Positions 1 to 12,816 of a DNA stretch of 64,000 nt are shown in pieces. The stretch's first letter is position 1. The number at the start of each line of letters is the position of its first letter. Under the pieces are notes generated by a model. It made no database searches, was not told the origin of the DNA, and worked only from the letters and a program-made list of their open reading frames with translations. Location of the stretch: positions 51,894,001-51,958,000 of the forward strand of contig OZ024741.1 in assembly GCA_964016885.1 (NCBI GenBank), written 5' to 3'. This stretch comes from Eledone cirrhosa. Its lineage: Eukaryota. The position numbers and the translations under genes were made by a program.

Positions 1-813
1 CTAAACCCCATACTTTAGATACATTTTTTGGGGCCAAAGTGTCATTTTGTTTCTCTTTTTATTTTCTTTCTATGTTCTTTTGTTGTTGGTGTTTTTTTTC
101 TTTTTTTTAGATACCACTTTTTTTCTCTTTATTTTTACCTTTTGTTCAAGACTATTCTTCTCATTGATGGATGGATTTATTCTTTGCATAGTTTTAGCAA
201 CTAAAAGGATAAGAGAAAGAAGGGGAGAGAGAGGGAGAGAGAAAGAAGTACTATTGTCACAGATAAACTTTGTTTATTGTCCAAGTTAGGCCATTAGCAA
301 TTACAGGTATCATTCCAGCAGGCAATATACTGCAAATTATACAATTTTACAACTTTCCCATACTTTTCTTGATATTTCATCCACCACCTTTACCAACATA
401 GACTAGCATGCCACCACTATCATGTATACCAACACACACACAGGCATATCATCACCATCGTTTAATGTCTGTCTTCCATGCTATACATACATAGTAGAGT
501 AAATACAATATTTAATATAGAAATGGCTTCGCTAAGACTAGAACTGTTTCATTCAAATGAAACATATATATATATATACTTAGTACATTAACAGAGAAAG
601 CTTTAAGCAATACTCCGACCGACATCCATCTCACTCAACAAACATTAGGATATACCTGAGTATAACCCTAATTATATGTTTAGGGTGCTAACTATATTGT
701 ATTTTGCAGATAACCGGCTGTATTATTTTATATGAGACATAATTAAATACATCTATATATATATATAAAATAAAATAAATAAGTCAAATATTTAAAATTT
801 GGCTTCGTTTATT

Positions 814-868
814 ACTGCTATATATATTTCGGTGACAGCCATCTTTGGCTGTGACCTCTTCAGGCAGT
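814..868 (-). ncRNA. Minimal type I hammerhead ribozyme motif (Penelope-associated type)
   Basis: Minus strand reads ACUGC-CUGAAGA-GGUCACAGCC-aaagau-GGCUGUCACC-GAAA-U-auau-A-UA-GCAGU. Stem I ACUGC/GCAGU, 10-bp stem II with one mismatch, intact CUGANGA/GAAA core, short stem III with palindromic loop, AUA cleavage triplet. Confidence 0.75.
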
Positions 869-1099
869 CCGAATTTGTGTGGGAAAGACGGGTACACATG
901 TTGTTGAGGTGTTTAACTTCGTCAATACTCTGATATGCCCAGTTCCTGGTTGGGTTGTTATTTCTCTGAGGAAATGGAATCATATATATATATATATACA
1001 TACAAATAAAATTAGAATTTTATTTCTTGCCCTAGCACAGTTGATACATAGATGAAGTATGCACATCTCCACACACATATATACATATGTATGTATGGG

Positions 1100-1500
1100 T
1101 TATATTGAACATTAATAATAATGTTTGATTCATTTGTAAACAAACACCCCGATTTGAAGCTGTGCTGTGTCGGTGACCGATCGTCACCTGTTTGTTCAAC
1201 ACTGGCTTTGAGGAACAATCAACATGTTTCTGGTTCATTACCCTTCATCAGCACTCTACCTGTCTGTTGAACAGTTGAAAATATATAGTATTTTCTTAAG
1301 TACGCATCAGCTGAGTAGCCACATTTGCATACCGGAGAAGTTACGGCCGTCCTTGCCGAATATTAAAAATAAAATTACACACATGTATTTGATCGATGAT
1401 GATCTAGTTATATTTAGTTATCTTTCGTTTAATTCTAGTTGAAAGCTTTGGTTTTTGAGGCTCTGAGAATTCTTTTGTTCTCTCACCTGAAAATAACCAC
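1100..1500 (-). mobile_element. Possible degenerate Penelope-like element 3' remnant
   Basis: Minus-strand fragment ending ...SKPVLNKQ resembles the C-terminus of PLE GIY-YIG proteins and lies just upstream of the hammerhead motif at 814-868. Heavily decayed. Confidence 0.3.
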
Positions 1501-2759
1501 CAAAAAATTTGAGTAAGGTCACCTGACTACAGACTGGATTACTACTACACTACAGCAAGCAGCATGAAATTCTGTCGTACATATAAATAATGAAACCTGC
1601 AGATGAAGGAACTCCTGTTCAAGCATTGAAGTGCACATGTATTACTTGTGCATTATATAACTTATATAACTTCCAGGGGTTCCAGAAACCTATCTGAGAT
1701 TTTATCGACTATATCGATTTTAATCAATCAGAGATGGTCCAGGTATGAAAAACTTTTTCCTATATATCGTTATTTTGTTGTATGTATAGTTTGTATCTTT
1801 GGTTGGTTCTCTTGGTGTAACATTTTATAACTATGGTGTTTAACTCGGGACTTAATGTTTGCTTTTAGCTTTTGATCCATTGAGTGCTCTGTGATTGCCT
1901 CAAAACAAATCGAATAGTACAAGCTGTACTGCAGCTGAAGTTTGATTTACAAATATTATATATATATATCATCATCATCATCATTGTTTAACGTCTATCT
2001 TCCATGCTAGCATGGGTTTTATCTATATTTTTATGTATGTGAGTGTGTATCTATCCATCTACCTATATGTCTAATCCCATCTCAGTATATTTCTTTGCTG
2101 CTGACATATCCAACAATTGCTCTCCATCCTTCTAAATGGTGCTGCTGCCTTAAGAAGAAACAACACCCAATGGACATGAGCAAATGTATTGCTTTAACTG
2201 TTCACAGTGCAAGAATCAGAAGCTATGGTAAGAAAAGACCAGGGGATCAAATATAATTGTTGGCTTTACGAAATAAAAAATAAGAAATAAATAAGAAACA
2301 GCTATGTTCTTTTATTCTTTTACCAATTTCGGCCAGTATATGATTGTGACCATGCTGGAGCACTGTCATCATTGTGTTTGTGTATATTTATATGTTGTGT
2401 GTAAAATATTTGTTTCTTGTGTATGAATATGTGTACCATTGTATAATGATTAATAATGAAATTATTGTATAAAGTGCTCAGGTGCACTACAACCCATCAA
2501 AGGTGCATGTATAGTACATAGAATAATATGCAAATGTCAGGGAAGTGAATAGTGTGTATGAATATTTTTGTATGCAAATGAATGCACGTGATGTGTGCAT
2601 ATGAATGCATGTATTTCATTAATTTTTACAGTCCATACATTAGGTGTGGTGGCTCCACAGATAACAGTAAGTAAAAGCAAGGTGCAGTTTGACCATGATA
2701 AGGTTTAGACTGGCAATTAATTAGCAGTCATTAGAATGTCGAATAGAAAGCTTTGCAGT

Positions 2760-2862
2760 GTTCATTGTGGCTCTCTGCTCTCTGAGTTCAAATTCTGCCA
2801 AAATCAACTTTACCTTTTATCCCTCCAAGGTCAATAAAAAAGTACCAGTCAAGTACTGGGTC
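2760..2862 (+). mobile_element. SINE fragment (tRNA-derived)
   Basis: B-box-like GAGTTCAAATTC followed by the conserved core (ttacctttcatcc...ggtcaataaa...gtaccagtc) repeated at ~3447, ~43880, ~62900 and on the minus strand at ~19880, ~20760, ~56770. Confidence 0.6.
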
Positions 2863-3446
2863 GGTTCTTCCTCCATATCTCTCTCTTACTTTCTCTCACT
2901 TTCTATCATTCTCTGGAAGAAATCTGCCATGTTCAAACATTGAGAGGGATGGGATTTGCCAGGATTAAAATGTCCTAGAAATGCAGTATGTCACTAAGGT
3001 GCCCCTACGACTCCATCAGGAATTGTGAGACCATGCATACAGATTGGACATTCTCTGTTAATATCAAAGTTGCTCAGGACTGTTGGAGGGAGCGATAGAA
3101 TTAGGAAGTGTGAAAATCATTGTCCAGTCATCTGGTGATAATGAGATTATCCCACAGTGAAACTTTGTTTACTCCTTTAGCATTTAAACCTGCTGTATCC
3201 GGTCAGGATTCTTTCATCTCTTTCTGTTCAAACTGGTCATAATTTGCTACTCATACTGATGTTAAGGTATTGTTCTCAAAATAAATAATATCAAAATCTC
3301 ATAGATTCGATATCATGTGAGATAAAGCCTTTACCGTGAAAATGCAATAGTATATATAGTGTAATGTAAATGCTAAAGGGTTAGAATAAAATATATATAT
3401 ATATATGTACAAGAGTTATACACATTATGTAAAGGGTAGTTCTAGG

Positions 3447-3610
3447 GCCGTGAATTAGCAGTATTGGTAGAGCGTTGGTTACCATGCTTCACAGCATAGT
3501 TACATCCCTTTTTGATTTCAAATCCCACTAAGGTTAACTTTGCCTTTCATTGTTATGGGGTTGATAAAATAAAGTGCTAGTAACACACTGGGATCGATTT
3601 AATTTACCTT

Positions 3611-3653
<43 letters not shown>

Positions 3654-3685
3654 TTGTTTCCTGTGTGCCAAAATCAGAAACCATT
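3447..3685 (+). mobile_element. SINE copy with internal poly-C tract
   Basis: Same tRNA-like head and cctttcat...ggggttgataaaataaagt core as the other copies. Confidence 0.55.
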
Positions 3686-4289
3686 ATATGATGAATAATT
3701 CTGGATGTGTACATTTACTACTGTGGGGGAAAAGTAGGTAAATATATAAAAATGTAGAAATATATGCATTTACTAGACTAAAAATCCTTCATAACTTTGG
3801 ACACTCTCAAACACTATACATGTAGTGTTAACGAAAGCAATAATTTAACAAAAAAAAATTTAGAAAATGAATATATATTTTCATATATATACTCCATTTG
3901 TTAAAAAGAATGAAGAAGGGATAAAAAGGAAGCAAATACTCAGCTGATGACAATTTGTGTATGTGTGTGATCTTATGGTTTTATGTGTATGTCTGTGTAC
4001 CTGTGCAGGCTCCAGTCATTCTTTGCCTCATTCATACTTTGTCTAACACACCACTCAGTATGTACACTCTTTCTTCAACCCTTATATTAATTCCAGTTTT
4101 TATTCTGTCTTTCTTATTTCCACTCCTTGTATATGTTGTCAAATCTGACATAAGACCAGTAGACCAACACACATCAGGTATTATATATTAGAAATCATTG
4201 CAGGTATTTAAAAAAAGTGAAAATTGGCAATGGGAAGAGAATCCAACCATAGAATTAAAAAAAGGAAAGACTCCGGGACAGATTTCGCT

Positions 4290-5500
4290 GCATATATACA
4301 TATAATCCTTAATTTGGTGGGCTCTAAGAAAACTAGGAGTTGATGAGTGGCTTGTGAGAGCTATACAAGCCATGTATAAAGAAACAGTCAGCAAGGTTAA
4401 AATTAACAATAAATATAGTGAAGAATTTAGCGTAATAGTAGGTGTTCCCCAAGGCCCCGTCCTTAGCCTCCTCCTGTTTATTATTGCCCTACAGGCTATA
4501 ACAGAAGGGTTTAAGACTGGCTGCCCATGGGATTTCTATATGCAGATGATCTAACTCTCATAGCTGAATCTATGGCTGAACTAGAGAAGTTCCAAACATG
4601 GAAGCATGGCCTAGAATCAAAAGGTCTTAAAGTTAACTTATCTAAGACTAAAGTTCTAGTATGTAGAAAGGAGAATAGGGTACAGGTGCCCTCTAGGAAA
4701 TGGGCATGCTCAGTGTGTAAGAAGGGAGTAGGTAGAAATTCCATTCTATGTCCCAAATGCAAACTATGGGTACATAAAAGATGTGGGATCACAGGTAAGC
4801 TATCTAAGAATGTAGATTTTATAGGTGGCCGATGCTCAGGTGCATTAAGTAGCAAGGACCCACTGGATGCTATCTCCTTCAACTGTCCAGATGGTTCTAT
4901 AGAAATAGTAGACACTTTCCATCACCTGGGTGACAAAATCAGTAGTGGTGGAAGGTGTTCTGAAAGTACAGTAGTCAGAGTTAGAACGGGATGGAAAAAG
5001 TTCAGAGAGCTAATACTGTTGTTGGCCACAAGGGTTTTTTCTCTAAAAGTGAAAGGCAGATTGTATGATACTTGTATACAAATGGCGATATTACATAGTA
5101 GTGAGACCTAGGTGTTGTGTGCTGAAGACTTGTGTAGATTAGAAAGAAATGAAGCTTGCATGCTCCGATGGATGTGTAATAGTAATGTATCCAAACGGCA
5201 AAGCATAAATGAATTAAGAGAGAGACTAAGCATAAGAGGTATCAAATGTTGTGTTTCGGAGAGGCGATTGCGTTGGTATCGACATGTGATGCGTATGAAG
5301 GATGACAGCTATATAAAAAGTGCAGAGTGATCAAAATCGATGGAAGCTACGGAGTGGGTAGACCAAGAAAAACCTGGGACGAGGTGATAAAAACTGACCT
5401 TGCACACTTACACCTCTCTAAGACAATGTTACTGGATCGAAATCTTTGGCGCTATGCAGTTGTACAGAAGACCCGCCTTACCTTGCATACAAACTGAAAC
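4290..5500 (+). pseudogene. Degenerate RTE-X-like non-LTR retrotransposon RT region
   Basis: GVPQGPVLS and LYADD RT motifs, Cys-rich insert CSVCKKGVGRNSILCPKCKLWVHKRC, RRLRWY.HV.RM and GRPRKTW C-terminal motifs. Frameshifts and stops present. Confidence 0.85.
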
Positions 5501-5659
5501 CTATAGTCAGTAGGCACCTCTTAACCCAATATACACCCCACCCCAAGCAACCTACTCCATCCTTCCATTTCCATCCGCTGTAAAGTGGTCGTGCTGGTAA
5601 CACCTCAAAAAGCATCTAGTCCACACTGTAAATTTGTCCATACTCTAAATGTGGTTGGT

Positions 5660-5832
5660 GTCTACTACAACTGGCAGCAGAACGGGAGTATTCCCAGTTC
5701 TGTGAGCTGGGGCATAGTGATGCTGATAAGGAAAGACAAAAACAAGAGGGACACATTAGATAACTTCAGTCCCATAACTCTGCTCAACACAGAGTTGGCC
5801 AAGGTGTTAGGGAAAAGGTTGGCGCTTGTCGT
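5660..5832 (+). mobile_element. Tx1-clade LINE RT fragment
   Basis: YYNWQQNGSIP...NFSPITLLNTE.LAKVL.KRLALVV matches the Tx1 element at 31495-33979. Confidence 0.8.
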
Positions 5833-6094
5833 TTGGAGTGGGTTAGAATTAAAATGGTTATAGACCTTGAAGACTGCTATTTCAATTTGGATATTTCTTA
5901 CTGTAATGCATGAGATACATTATTCTCTTTTTTAAGAAATTCTATCCAACAAATTTCAATTGGATTATAAAATGTTGCAATAAAAATGAAAAAGTATGAA
6001 AGAAAAAAAATTTAATTGCCAAAGTTTGATGCACTTTTAGACTACGGCCAGTCACATGAACCTGTAATATATCCTGAACAAGCAATACCTATAC

Positions 6095-6490
6095 TTTGAA
6101 GGTTTTTTAAGTGGGGAAAGGTCTTGCACTTGACCAATCCCACTCTCTGAGCATTGAAAACACTACCCGAAAAGGAGAACTGGTCAACATCATTGGATGG
6201 TTCCGAAGTCGCATGTTTTTTCAGAGTTTCCCTCTCCTAGAAAGGTGTTGTGACAACAACTGGGGGGCTTTTACTCCCAGATTAAAAAAAAAGGTACTAT
6301 TTGGATGGCCGTTGACTCTGCTGAGTTCCTCCGCCCTTCGCCGGGTCTTGTATTTCATCCTGCAGGGTGTCCAAATATCACCCTCCTCACCAAGCAACTA
6401 GGTGGGCTTGCCGGTTTAGTCGCCAACGACCTGACCATGAGACAGGTTGTACTGGGTTACATGTTGCCAGTAGTATTCAAGAGCGACTTG
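6095..6490 (-). mobile_element. RTE 5'-UTR-like non-autonomous repeat
   Basis: Homologous to 13220-13415, 21230-21410, 23900-24248 and the RTE 5' region at 28340-28570 (caatcccactctct, ccagtttagtcgccaacgac motifs). Confidence 0.6.
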
Positions 6491-6605
6491 ACATACATAC
6501 ATTCATACATACATACATACATACATACATACATACATACATACATACATACATACATACATACATACATACATACATACATACATACATACATACATAC
6601 ATACA
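6490..6605. repeat. (CATA)n microsatellite
   Basis: Direct observation. Confidence 0.95.
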
Positions 6606-9600
6606 ATGGCGACCGTTGTGGTCAGTGTCCGATAATTGGACGTGTGTAATTACGGCTTACATGAAGGCAACATACCATATATTGGAAAAAGTTGAGCTAC
6701 ATTACGCGGTAAGATTACATACAATAATTCTACATAAGTGTTTGAACTGTAAGTGTGTTGTAAAACACCTATTTATATGAACGATACATACACTTATGAT
6801 ATATGAACGATACATACACTTTAACATATAAATGCAACGTTGTTATATTACATTTATAAAGAAATATAAAAGTAACGTTTTCGATTCAGAAACAAAAATA
6901 TAAGTGTTTGAACTGTGAATGTTGTGAATATGTTGTAGAACACCTATTTATATGAATGATACATAAACTTTAACATATAAATACAGCATTGTTATATTAT
7001 ATTACATTCGTAAAGGAATATACTAAGTAACGGTTCTTTTTGTTCTCGATTCAAACGATTCAAGAACAACGTTTAAAACACAGTTGTAGAATTAAAAACT
7101 AACTGAAAAGAAATATTACCCAAGCTGTGAATAACTTTAAATTTGATTCTGACAGAACTTTGTCGTAACTTTTAAAGAAGATCATCGACTATTTAAAAAA
7201 AATAAATACAAAATATTAGTGAATAGACGAACTCATCATGGCAAAAAGTACAAGTCTCCTTCGACCAAATCGCAATTACAACCGTTGTATACAGTGGAGC
7301 TACGAGCTTAACAAAGAATTATATGAAGCATACAAACAATCTGAACCCCAAAAGTTCGGTTTTATGCAAAGGCTAAAAACTTTATGGAACTCCAAACACC
7401 CAGAATTAGACTTTTCTCCAAAGCATCTAAATGAACAGGCAAAACGTATCATTAGATGTAAATTGATACATCTAACGGAATCGAGTGATACTACAAATAC
7501 AGCCCTTGTAGACAACCACCCCACCTCCACTGACAGACAAAGAGAATGGCCGGCTAAATCTAACAGTGAACAGCTCACCAACAATTTTGCTGAAATCCAT
7601 CCCACTTCCACTGAAGAACAGCGAGAAAGGTCAGCTGACTCTAGTAGTAATTGTCACCACATCAACAACGAGGCTGCAATTCATGACTCTACTGAACAAA
7701 CAGAGCACCAAAAACTTGTGGGCACCCTACAAGTGATATGGAACGATATGTTTCAAGAGATACACAACCTTAATGTGAGTGACAGACCATACAACACTAG
7801 AGTCAGTAAAGAACCCACTAAATTGGAATTGGAAGCGGTGAACGAAATAGCTGGCAATTATCTGAAGGCTATACGATCTAAAGGTGTAGAAACGACATTT
7901 GAAACGCTCAATGTTTTGTTATATGTTTCAGCTGTCACATTGCTATCATATAACACACATCTAAAACCACGCAATCAAGATACAAACAGAAAGCCTGAAC
8001 CAGCGTGGATGCGAAATTTAAAAACCAAAATTTTGTCCCTGAGACGAAGTATCTCACACATCGCAGTCGTTATGAAATGCAACATAGAGAGAAACTTCAC
8101 ACGACACCAGGAAGACCTAAAGAAAAAGTTAGAGAGACGATTTGGAGATACCAAATTTAAAACTTTGAACTCCAAATTACACCAGTTGAAACAACAACTC
8201 ACAGCTACAACAGAAAGACTAAAATATAAGTCAACAGCCCATAAACGACAAGTGCTAAATAGATTGTTTGCCAGAGATCCTAAATCAGTTTATCGCAGCT
8301 TCGGTGGCAAAAGCTCAATCCCTGTAAACGACACCCCTTCAAAAGAACAGGTTGAGAACTACTGGAGATCTGTATGGGAAACGGATGACGGATTCAACAG
8401 ACAAGCTAATTGGCTAAAACAACTGGAACAGGACTACTGCCAACATGTCCAGACAAAACAATATGACATAGATGGGTCAATACTGGAAACAGCTCTACAG
8501 AAAATGTCGAATAGGAAATCGCCAGGCCCAGACCTCATTACAGGATACTGGTTGAAGAATTTCACTTTCTATCGGCAAGATCTCATACGGCTGTTTACAG
8601 AAACCATTAAGGGCACACAAGAACTGCCCAGATGGTTATCAACTGCCACTACTCTCCTCATTCCCAAAAATAGCCAAACCACCCTTGCTAAAAATTACCG
8701 CCCAATTGCCTGCCAAAACATCATGTATAAATTATATACTGGGTGCCTTAACCTGTTCTTACAGGATCACTGTGCTACCAACAACATCATAACACCTGAG
8801 CAAGCTGGTGGAAAGAGGGAGGTGTGGGGTTGCATAGATCACCTACTAACTAACAAAATGATTCAGGAAAAAACAACAAAGAATCGCAGAAACATGACTG
8901 TCGTGTGGCTGGACTATCAAAAAGCATTTGATAGTGTACCTCATGGGTGGATTATTAAGGCTTTACAGTTAGCTAAAGTCCCACAACCATTAGTAGCTGC
9001 TGTTGAACGCCTGACCAAGAACTGGTACACCAATTTGATCCTTAGAGGTGAGAAGGAGCAGGTTAAGACTGATAGGATACATTACCAGAAGGGCATCTTT
9101 CAGGGTGATAGCTTGTCAGTACTACTCTTCGTTCTCTCACTGAATCCACTATCTTACCTACTCAGGAAACAAGGTGGACAAAGAAGTGGGCCCAGAAGTA
9201 TCTTCCATCTTTTCTTTGTTGATGACCTGAAGTTGTATGGGCCAAATATCAATGACATCAAGAAACAATTGGACCTCATTACACAATTTTCAACCGACAT
9301 CAAAATGAAATTTGGTGAGTCCAAGTGTGCATATTTGGCAGTAAAACGTGGAAGAGCTGTGCCCTCCTCTAGAAATCTAGATATGAACGGCCTGACAATA
9401 CAACCTCTGCAGTCAGGTGACAACTACAGATATCTTGGACAGGATGAGAATGTCAGATATGATGGACCCATAAATAAGGAGAGAACCAGAACTGAATACC
9501 TCAGAAGAGTAAAAAAAATATGGTCATCAGAACTGTCAGCATACAACAAATACATTGCCCACAATACCTATGCTGTGCCAATTATAACGCCAACATTTGG

Positions 9601-10827
9601 CCTACTGAACTGGTCATTGCAAGAACTAAGTGAGATGGATGTTAGAACTCGTAAACTTCTCAGTGTTACTGGGAACTTTAACATCAATGGTGATGTGGAT
9701 AGGCTATACTTCTCACGCAAGGAAGGTGGCCGGGGTCTAAAATCAATATTAACAACATATGAGACCCGGATAGTAACACTGAAGCAACACCTTCAACAGA
9801 GGAAAAAGGTTGGCGACCATCTTGCTCAGGTTTATGAGCATGAAAAAAGAAATATCATTAGAATAGCGACTGATCTGGAGGAGAGATATGGAATAAAGCC
9901 TGATATAAATCTCTCACCCAGAGAAATCGGAAGATCCTATTCAATGTTCAAACAAGAAAAAAAAATTGACCAATTTACAGAGAAAGTTGTGCATGGATAC
10001 TTGAGGCGTAAAACACAGACCATAGAGGGGATAAACCACTCAAAAAGCCTGGCATGGAGTTCCGACAAGTTTATGACATCACACCTTGAGGGATATCTCT
10101 ATGCAATACAGGAACAAGAACTCCCTACCAAATATCTGCTGCACAAAAGAGGAGGGCCAGCAGCTGACAATAAATGTAGGCTATGTAAAACAAAGATCGA
10201 GGATGTAAGCCACATTGTTGCCAGCTGCGAAAGAATGTCATCTCGCTACTACCTCCCCATGAGACACGATGGGATAGCTAGAACTATCTGGAACGCACTT
10301 CGGAAAACAAAATTAACAACAAACGAGGAAGAATATATTGAGACAGATGGCACTAAGGAATACTGGTGGAACCTGAAAATAAAAACTGCCACCAAATTAA
10401 AGCACAACCGGCCTGATATTGTAGTTTGGGACCACACATTGAAAACGTGTTCTGTTGTGGAGATCAGCTGCCCACTTGATGTAAACGTTGTCAGAAAAAT
10501 ACAGGAGAAGGAGGACATCTACGGACCATTGATGAGGAGCTTACAAATCCAGTATCCAAGATACACCTTTAGCTTCATACCCATCATTATTGGTGCTACG
10601 GGTTATATACCAACCCGCTTGGACCAAAGTATGACCGAACTTGGATTTGCGGACAAAAAGCGCAGCTCCCTAATTCATAGTCTACAAATGGCTGCGATAG
10701 CTGGCACCTTCAAAATATGCAAAACATTCTTGCGATTCAAGGGATGACAATTTCTTTTCTTTTACAACCTTGCCACCAGGAAGGTGGCCGGTCAAAAAAA
10801 TATACTCGAAATTAAGAGAAAGAGAAA
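6606..10827 (+). mobile_element. Apparently full-length R4/Dong-clade non-LTR retrotransposon inserted in (CATA)n
   Basis: Single long RT+RLE ORF with a ~630-nt leader containing an internal tandem duplication (~6739-7050). CATA repeats abut both ends. Confidence 0.8.
7238..10747 (+). CDS. Reverse transcriptase + restriction-like endonuclease polyprotein (R4/Dong/NeSL type), 1169 aa, intact
   Basis: KSPGPD, NYRPIAC, WLDYQKAFDSVPH, GIFQGDSLS, LFFVDDLK RT motifs; CRLC...HIVASC zinc knuckle; RHD; PD..V.D...EISCP...KEDIY RLE motif. No stops. Confidence 0.95.
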   Translation: MAKSTSLLRPNRNYNRCIQWSYELNKELYEAYKQSEPQKFGFMQRLKTLWNSKHPELDFSPKHLNEQAKRIIRCKLIHLTESSDTTNTALVDNHPTSTDRQREWPAKSNSEQLTNNFAEIHPTSTEEQRERSADSSSNCHHINNEAAIHDSTEQTEHQKLVGTLQVIWNDMFQEIHNLNVSDRPYNTRVSKEPTKLELEAVNEIAGNYLKAIRSKGVETTFETLNVLLYVSAVTLLSYNTHLKPRNQDTNRKPEPAWMRNLKTKILSLRRSISHIAVVMKCNIERNFTRHQEDLKKKLERRFGDTKFKTLNSKLHQLKQQLTATTERLKYKSTAHKRQVLNRLFARDPKSVYRSFGGKSSIPVNDTPSKEQVENYWRSVWETDDGFNRQANWLKQLEQDYCQHVQTKQYDIDGSILETALQKMSNRKSPGPDLITGYWLKNFTFYRQDLIRLFTETIKGTQELPRWLSTATTLLIPKNSQTTLAKNYRPIACQNIMYKLYTGCLNLFLQDHCATNNIITPEQAGGKREVWGCIDHLLTNKMIQEKTTKNRRNMTVVWLDYQKAFDSVPHGWIIKALQLAKVPQPLVAAVERLTKNWYTNLILRGEKEQVKTDRIHYQKGIFQGDSLSVLLFVLSLNPLSYLLRKQGGQRSGPRSIFHLFFVDDLKLYGPNINDIKKQLDLITQFSTDIKMKFGESKCAYLAVKRGRAVPSSRNLDMNGLTIQPLQSGDNYRYLGQDENVRYDGPINKERTRTEYLRRVKKIWSSELSAYNKYIAHNTYAVPIITPTFGLLNWSLQELSEMDVRTRKLLSVTGNFNINGDVDRLYFSRKEGGRGLKSILTTYETRIVTLKQHLQQRKKVGDHLAQVYEHEKRNIIRIATDLEERYGIKPDINLSPREIGRSYSMFKQEKKIDQFTEKVVHGYLRRKTQTIEGINHSKSLAWSSDKFMTSHLEGYLYAIQEQELPTKYLLHKRGGPAADNKCRLCKTKIEDVSHIVASCERMSSRYYLPMRHDGIARTIWNALRKTKLTTNEEEYIETDGTKEYWWNLKIKTATKLKHNRPDIVVWDHTLKTCSVVEISCPLDVNVVRKIQEKEDIYGPLMRSLQIQYPRYTFSFIPIIIGATGYIPTRLDQSMTELGFADKKRSSLIHSLQMAAIAGTFKICKTFLRFKG

Positions 10828-11062
10828 ACATACATACATACATACATATGTATATATGTGTGTGTGTGTGTGTGTATGTGTGCGTGCGTGTGTTTATATC
10901 TATACTATAAATGAGAGTGTATGTTTCCCAAAGATATTGGTGGTGGTGGTGGTGGTTATGGGGATAGCGGTGCTGGTAGTAGTAGTTGTGGTAGTGGTGG
11001 TATTGTTATTATTATTTCCATTATCATTTTTATTGTGCATGGGTATGAGTAATGTAGTGTTT

Positions 11063-11641
11063 CTATTGTATTGATAGTACTTTTCGTAACATGTGTACAG
11101 TGCCTAGTAGTGCTATCTTTTGTATGCTGTATATACTTGTAAGTCCTGGGGTTTTGACTATGTATTTGTCTGTGTGTGTTTTTATAATTCCTAGAGCACC
11201 TATTATTATAGGTTTTGTTTCAGTTATCATTTTCCACATTCGAGTTATTTCTATCGCTAGATCTTTATATTTGGAGAGTTTCTCTATTTCCTTGGTAGAT
11301 ATATCGTCGTCTGTAGGGATTGATACATCAAGTAGAAGGCATTTATTTTCTTTGACTATAATATCTAATCGGTTGGCTTTGATCTCTCTGCCTGTATGTA
11401 TTGGCATATCCCAGAGAATGGTTGCTTTGTCATTCTCTGACACTTTTTCTGGTGTGTACCATGTTTTTTCTACTGGTGTTTCATAATGCTGGCATAACTT
11501 CCAGTGTATGACGGTCTTAACTTTATCATGTCTGTGAATATATTCTTTTTTGGCTAGTGCTTGGCATCCAGAGACTATGTGGTTAATTGTTTCTTCCCTA
11601 TCTCCACACACCCTACAGTTACTTATTGTGTTTTGTTTCAT
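11063..11641 (-). pseudogene. 3' fragment of R4/Dong-like element (zinc knuckle + RLE)
   Basis: CRVCGDREETINHIVSGC, RHD, LWDMPI, DVSIP, KLSKY.DL motifs. Confidence 0.85.
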
Positions 11642-11704
11642 TATGTATGTCTGGTAGTTTCTGGTGGGTAGACTCTGGTGCTGCGCTGCAATTAGAAATC
11701 CTCC

Positions 11705-11743
<39 letters not shown>

Positions 11744-11779
11744 GAGGAGGAGGAGGAGGAGGAGGAGGAGGAGGAGATT

Positions 11780-12816
11780 TTAGACAAACTTTCCCAGTCA
11801 TTCTAAAAGGCAATAGGATTGATCAAAATCGAGCCTGTTGGAAAAATCGACACTTTGGACTTCTATTAAAGTTTTCAAGCTCGCTACAACCGTGAGAACA
11901 TATTTTAGTAGAGACGAACAGTCAGAGCAGTTCGTCCAAAATCTATTCATGCTTGGGGACGGAAAACTTCCAGTGGATAGAAAGGGAGCTATTGTTATAA
12001 GTCACATAGGCATGATGGTGGAATCATTATTCCATCTCACAGAAAAAATATTCCCTAATCTTGAATATCAGTTCGCAAGTCACATGTGGCTCAGTGAAAT
12101 TACTATATTGGCCCCGAAAAATGTGACTGTGGAATTGGTAAATCAAGAGCTGTTAAAAAGAATCCCAAAGGTTTCAAAGCTGTATCGATCTGTCAACACT
12201 GTGCTGGAACAGTCGGCAGCTGTCAATTACCCGTCAGAGTTCCTCAACTCTTTAAAACCATCAGGTATGCCTCCACATGTCCTTCACCTGTTATTGAGGG
12301 ATTTGGACCCACCAAGGCTATGTAACAGCACTCGATTGTTTGTGAAAAATATGTATCCACACGTGATTCAAGCCACCATTTCAACAGGATGTGGTTAGAG
12401 AGAGAATGTGTTCGTTCCAAGAATTCCTTTTATCCCCACTGATACCCCATTTCAATACAAATAACTTCAATTTCCAGTGGGTCTTAGTTTTGCCATGACC
12501 ATCAACAAATCACAAGGACAAACATTTTAGGTTGCTGGTTTACATGTTGAAGAGCTCTGCTTCACCTATGGTCAGCTTTACGTTGGATGTTCAAGAGTAG
12601 GAAGTCAGAAAAATCTTTATATCTATGCACCAGATGGAAAAACAACAAAAATTGTTTATACAAACATTATAAATTGACCCAATTAATAAAGAAATCCGTC
12701 CTCATCAAGGGGGACTATCCTTCGTAGGAAACATGGTCTGACATGGAATAAAAAGAATTTGAAATAAACGCATATTATTGTGATTATTGTCCAGCAACGA
12801 CAGGCTACTCAGCTAG
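11780..12816 (+). mobile_element. Helitron remnant: PIF1-like helicase C-terminal part plus 3' terminus
   Basis: ILAPKN, YPSEFLNSL.PSGMPPH, LDPPRLCN.TRL, then (past stops) FAMTINKSQGQT and GQLYVGCSRVG. Ends in a degenerate GC hairpin followed by CTAG|T at 12813-12817. Confidence 0.85.

Noticed and set aside
11838-12398. Host PIF1 helicase gene
   Set aside because: Stops and deletions, and a Helitron-type CTAG 3' terminus.
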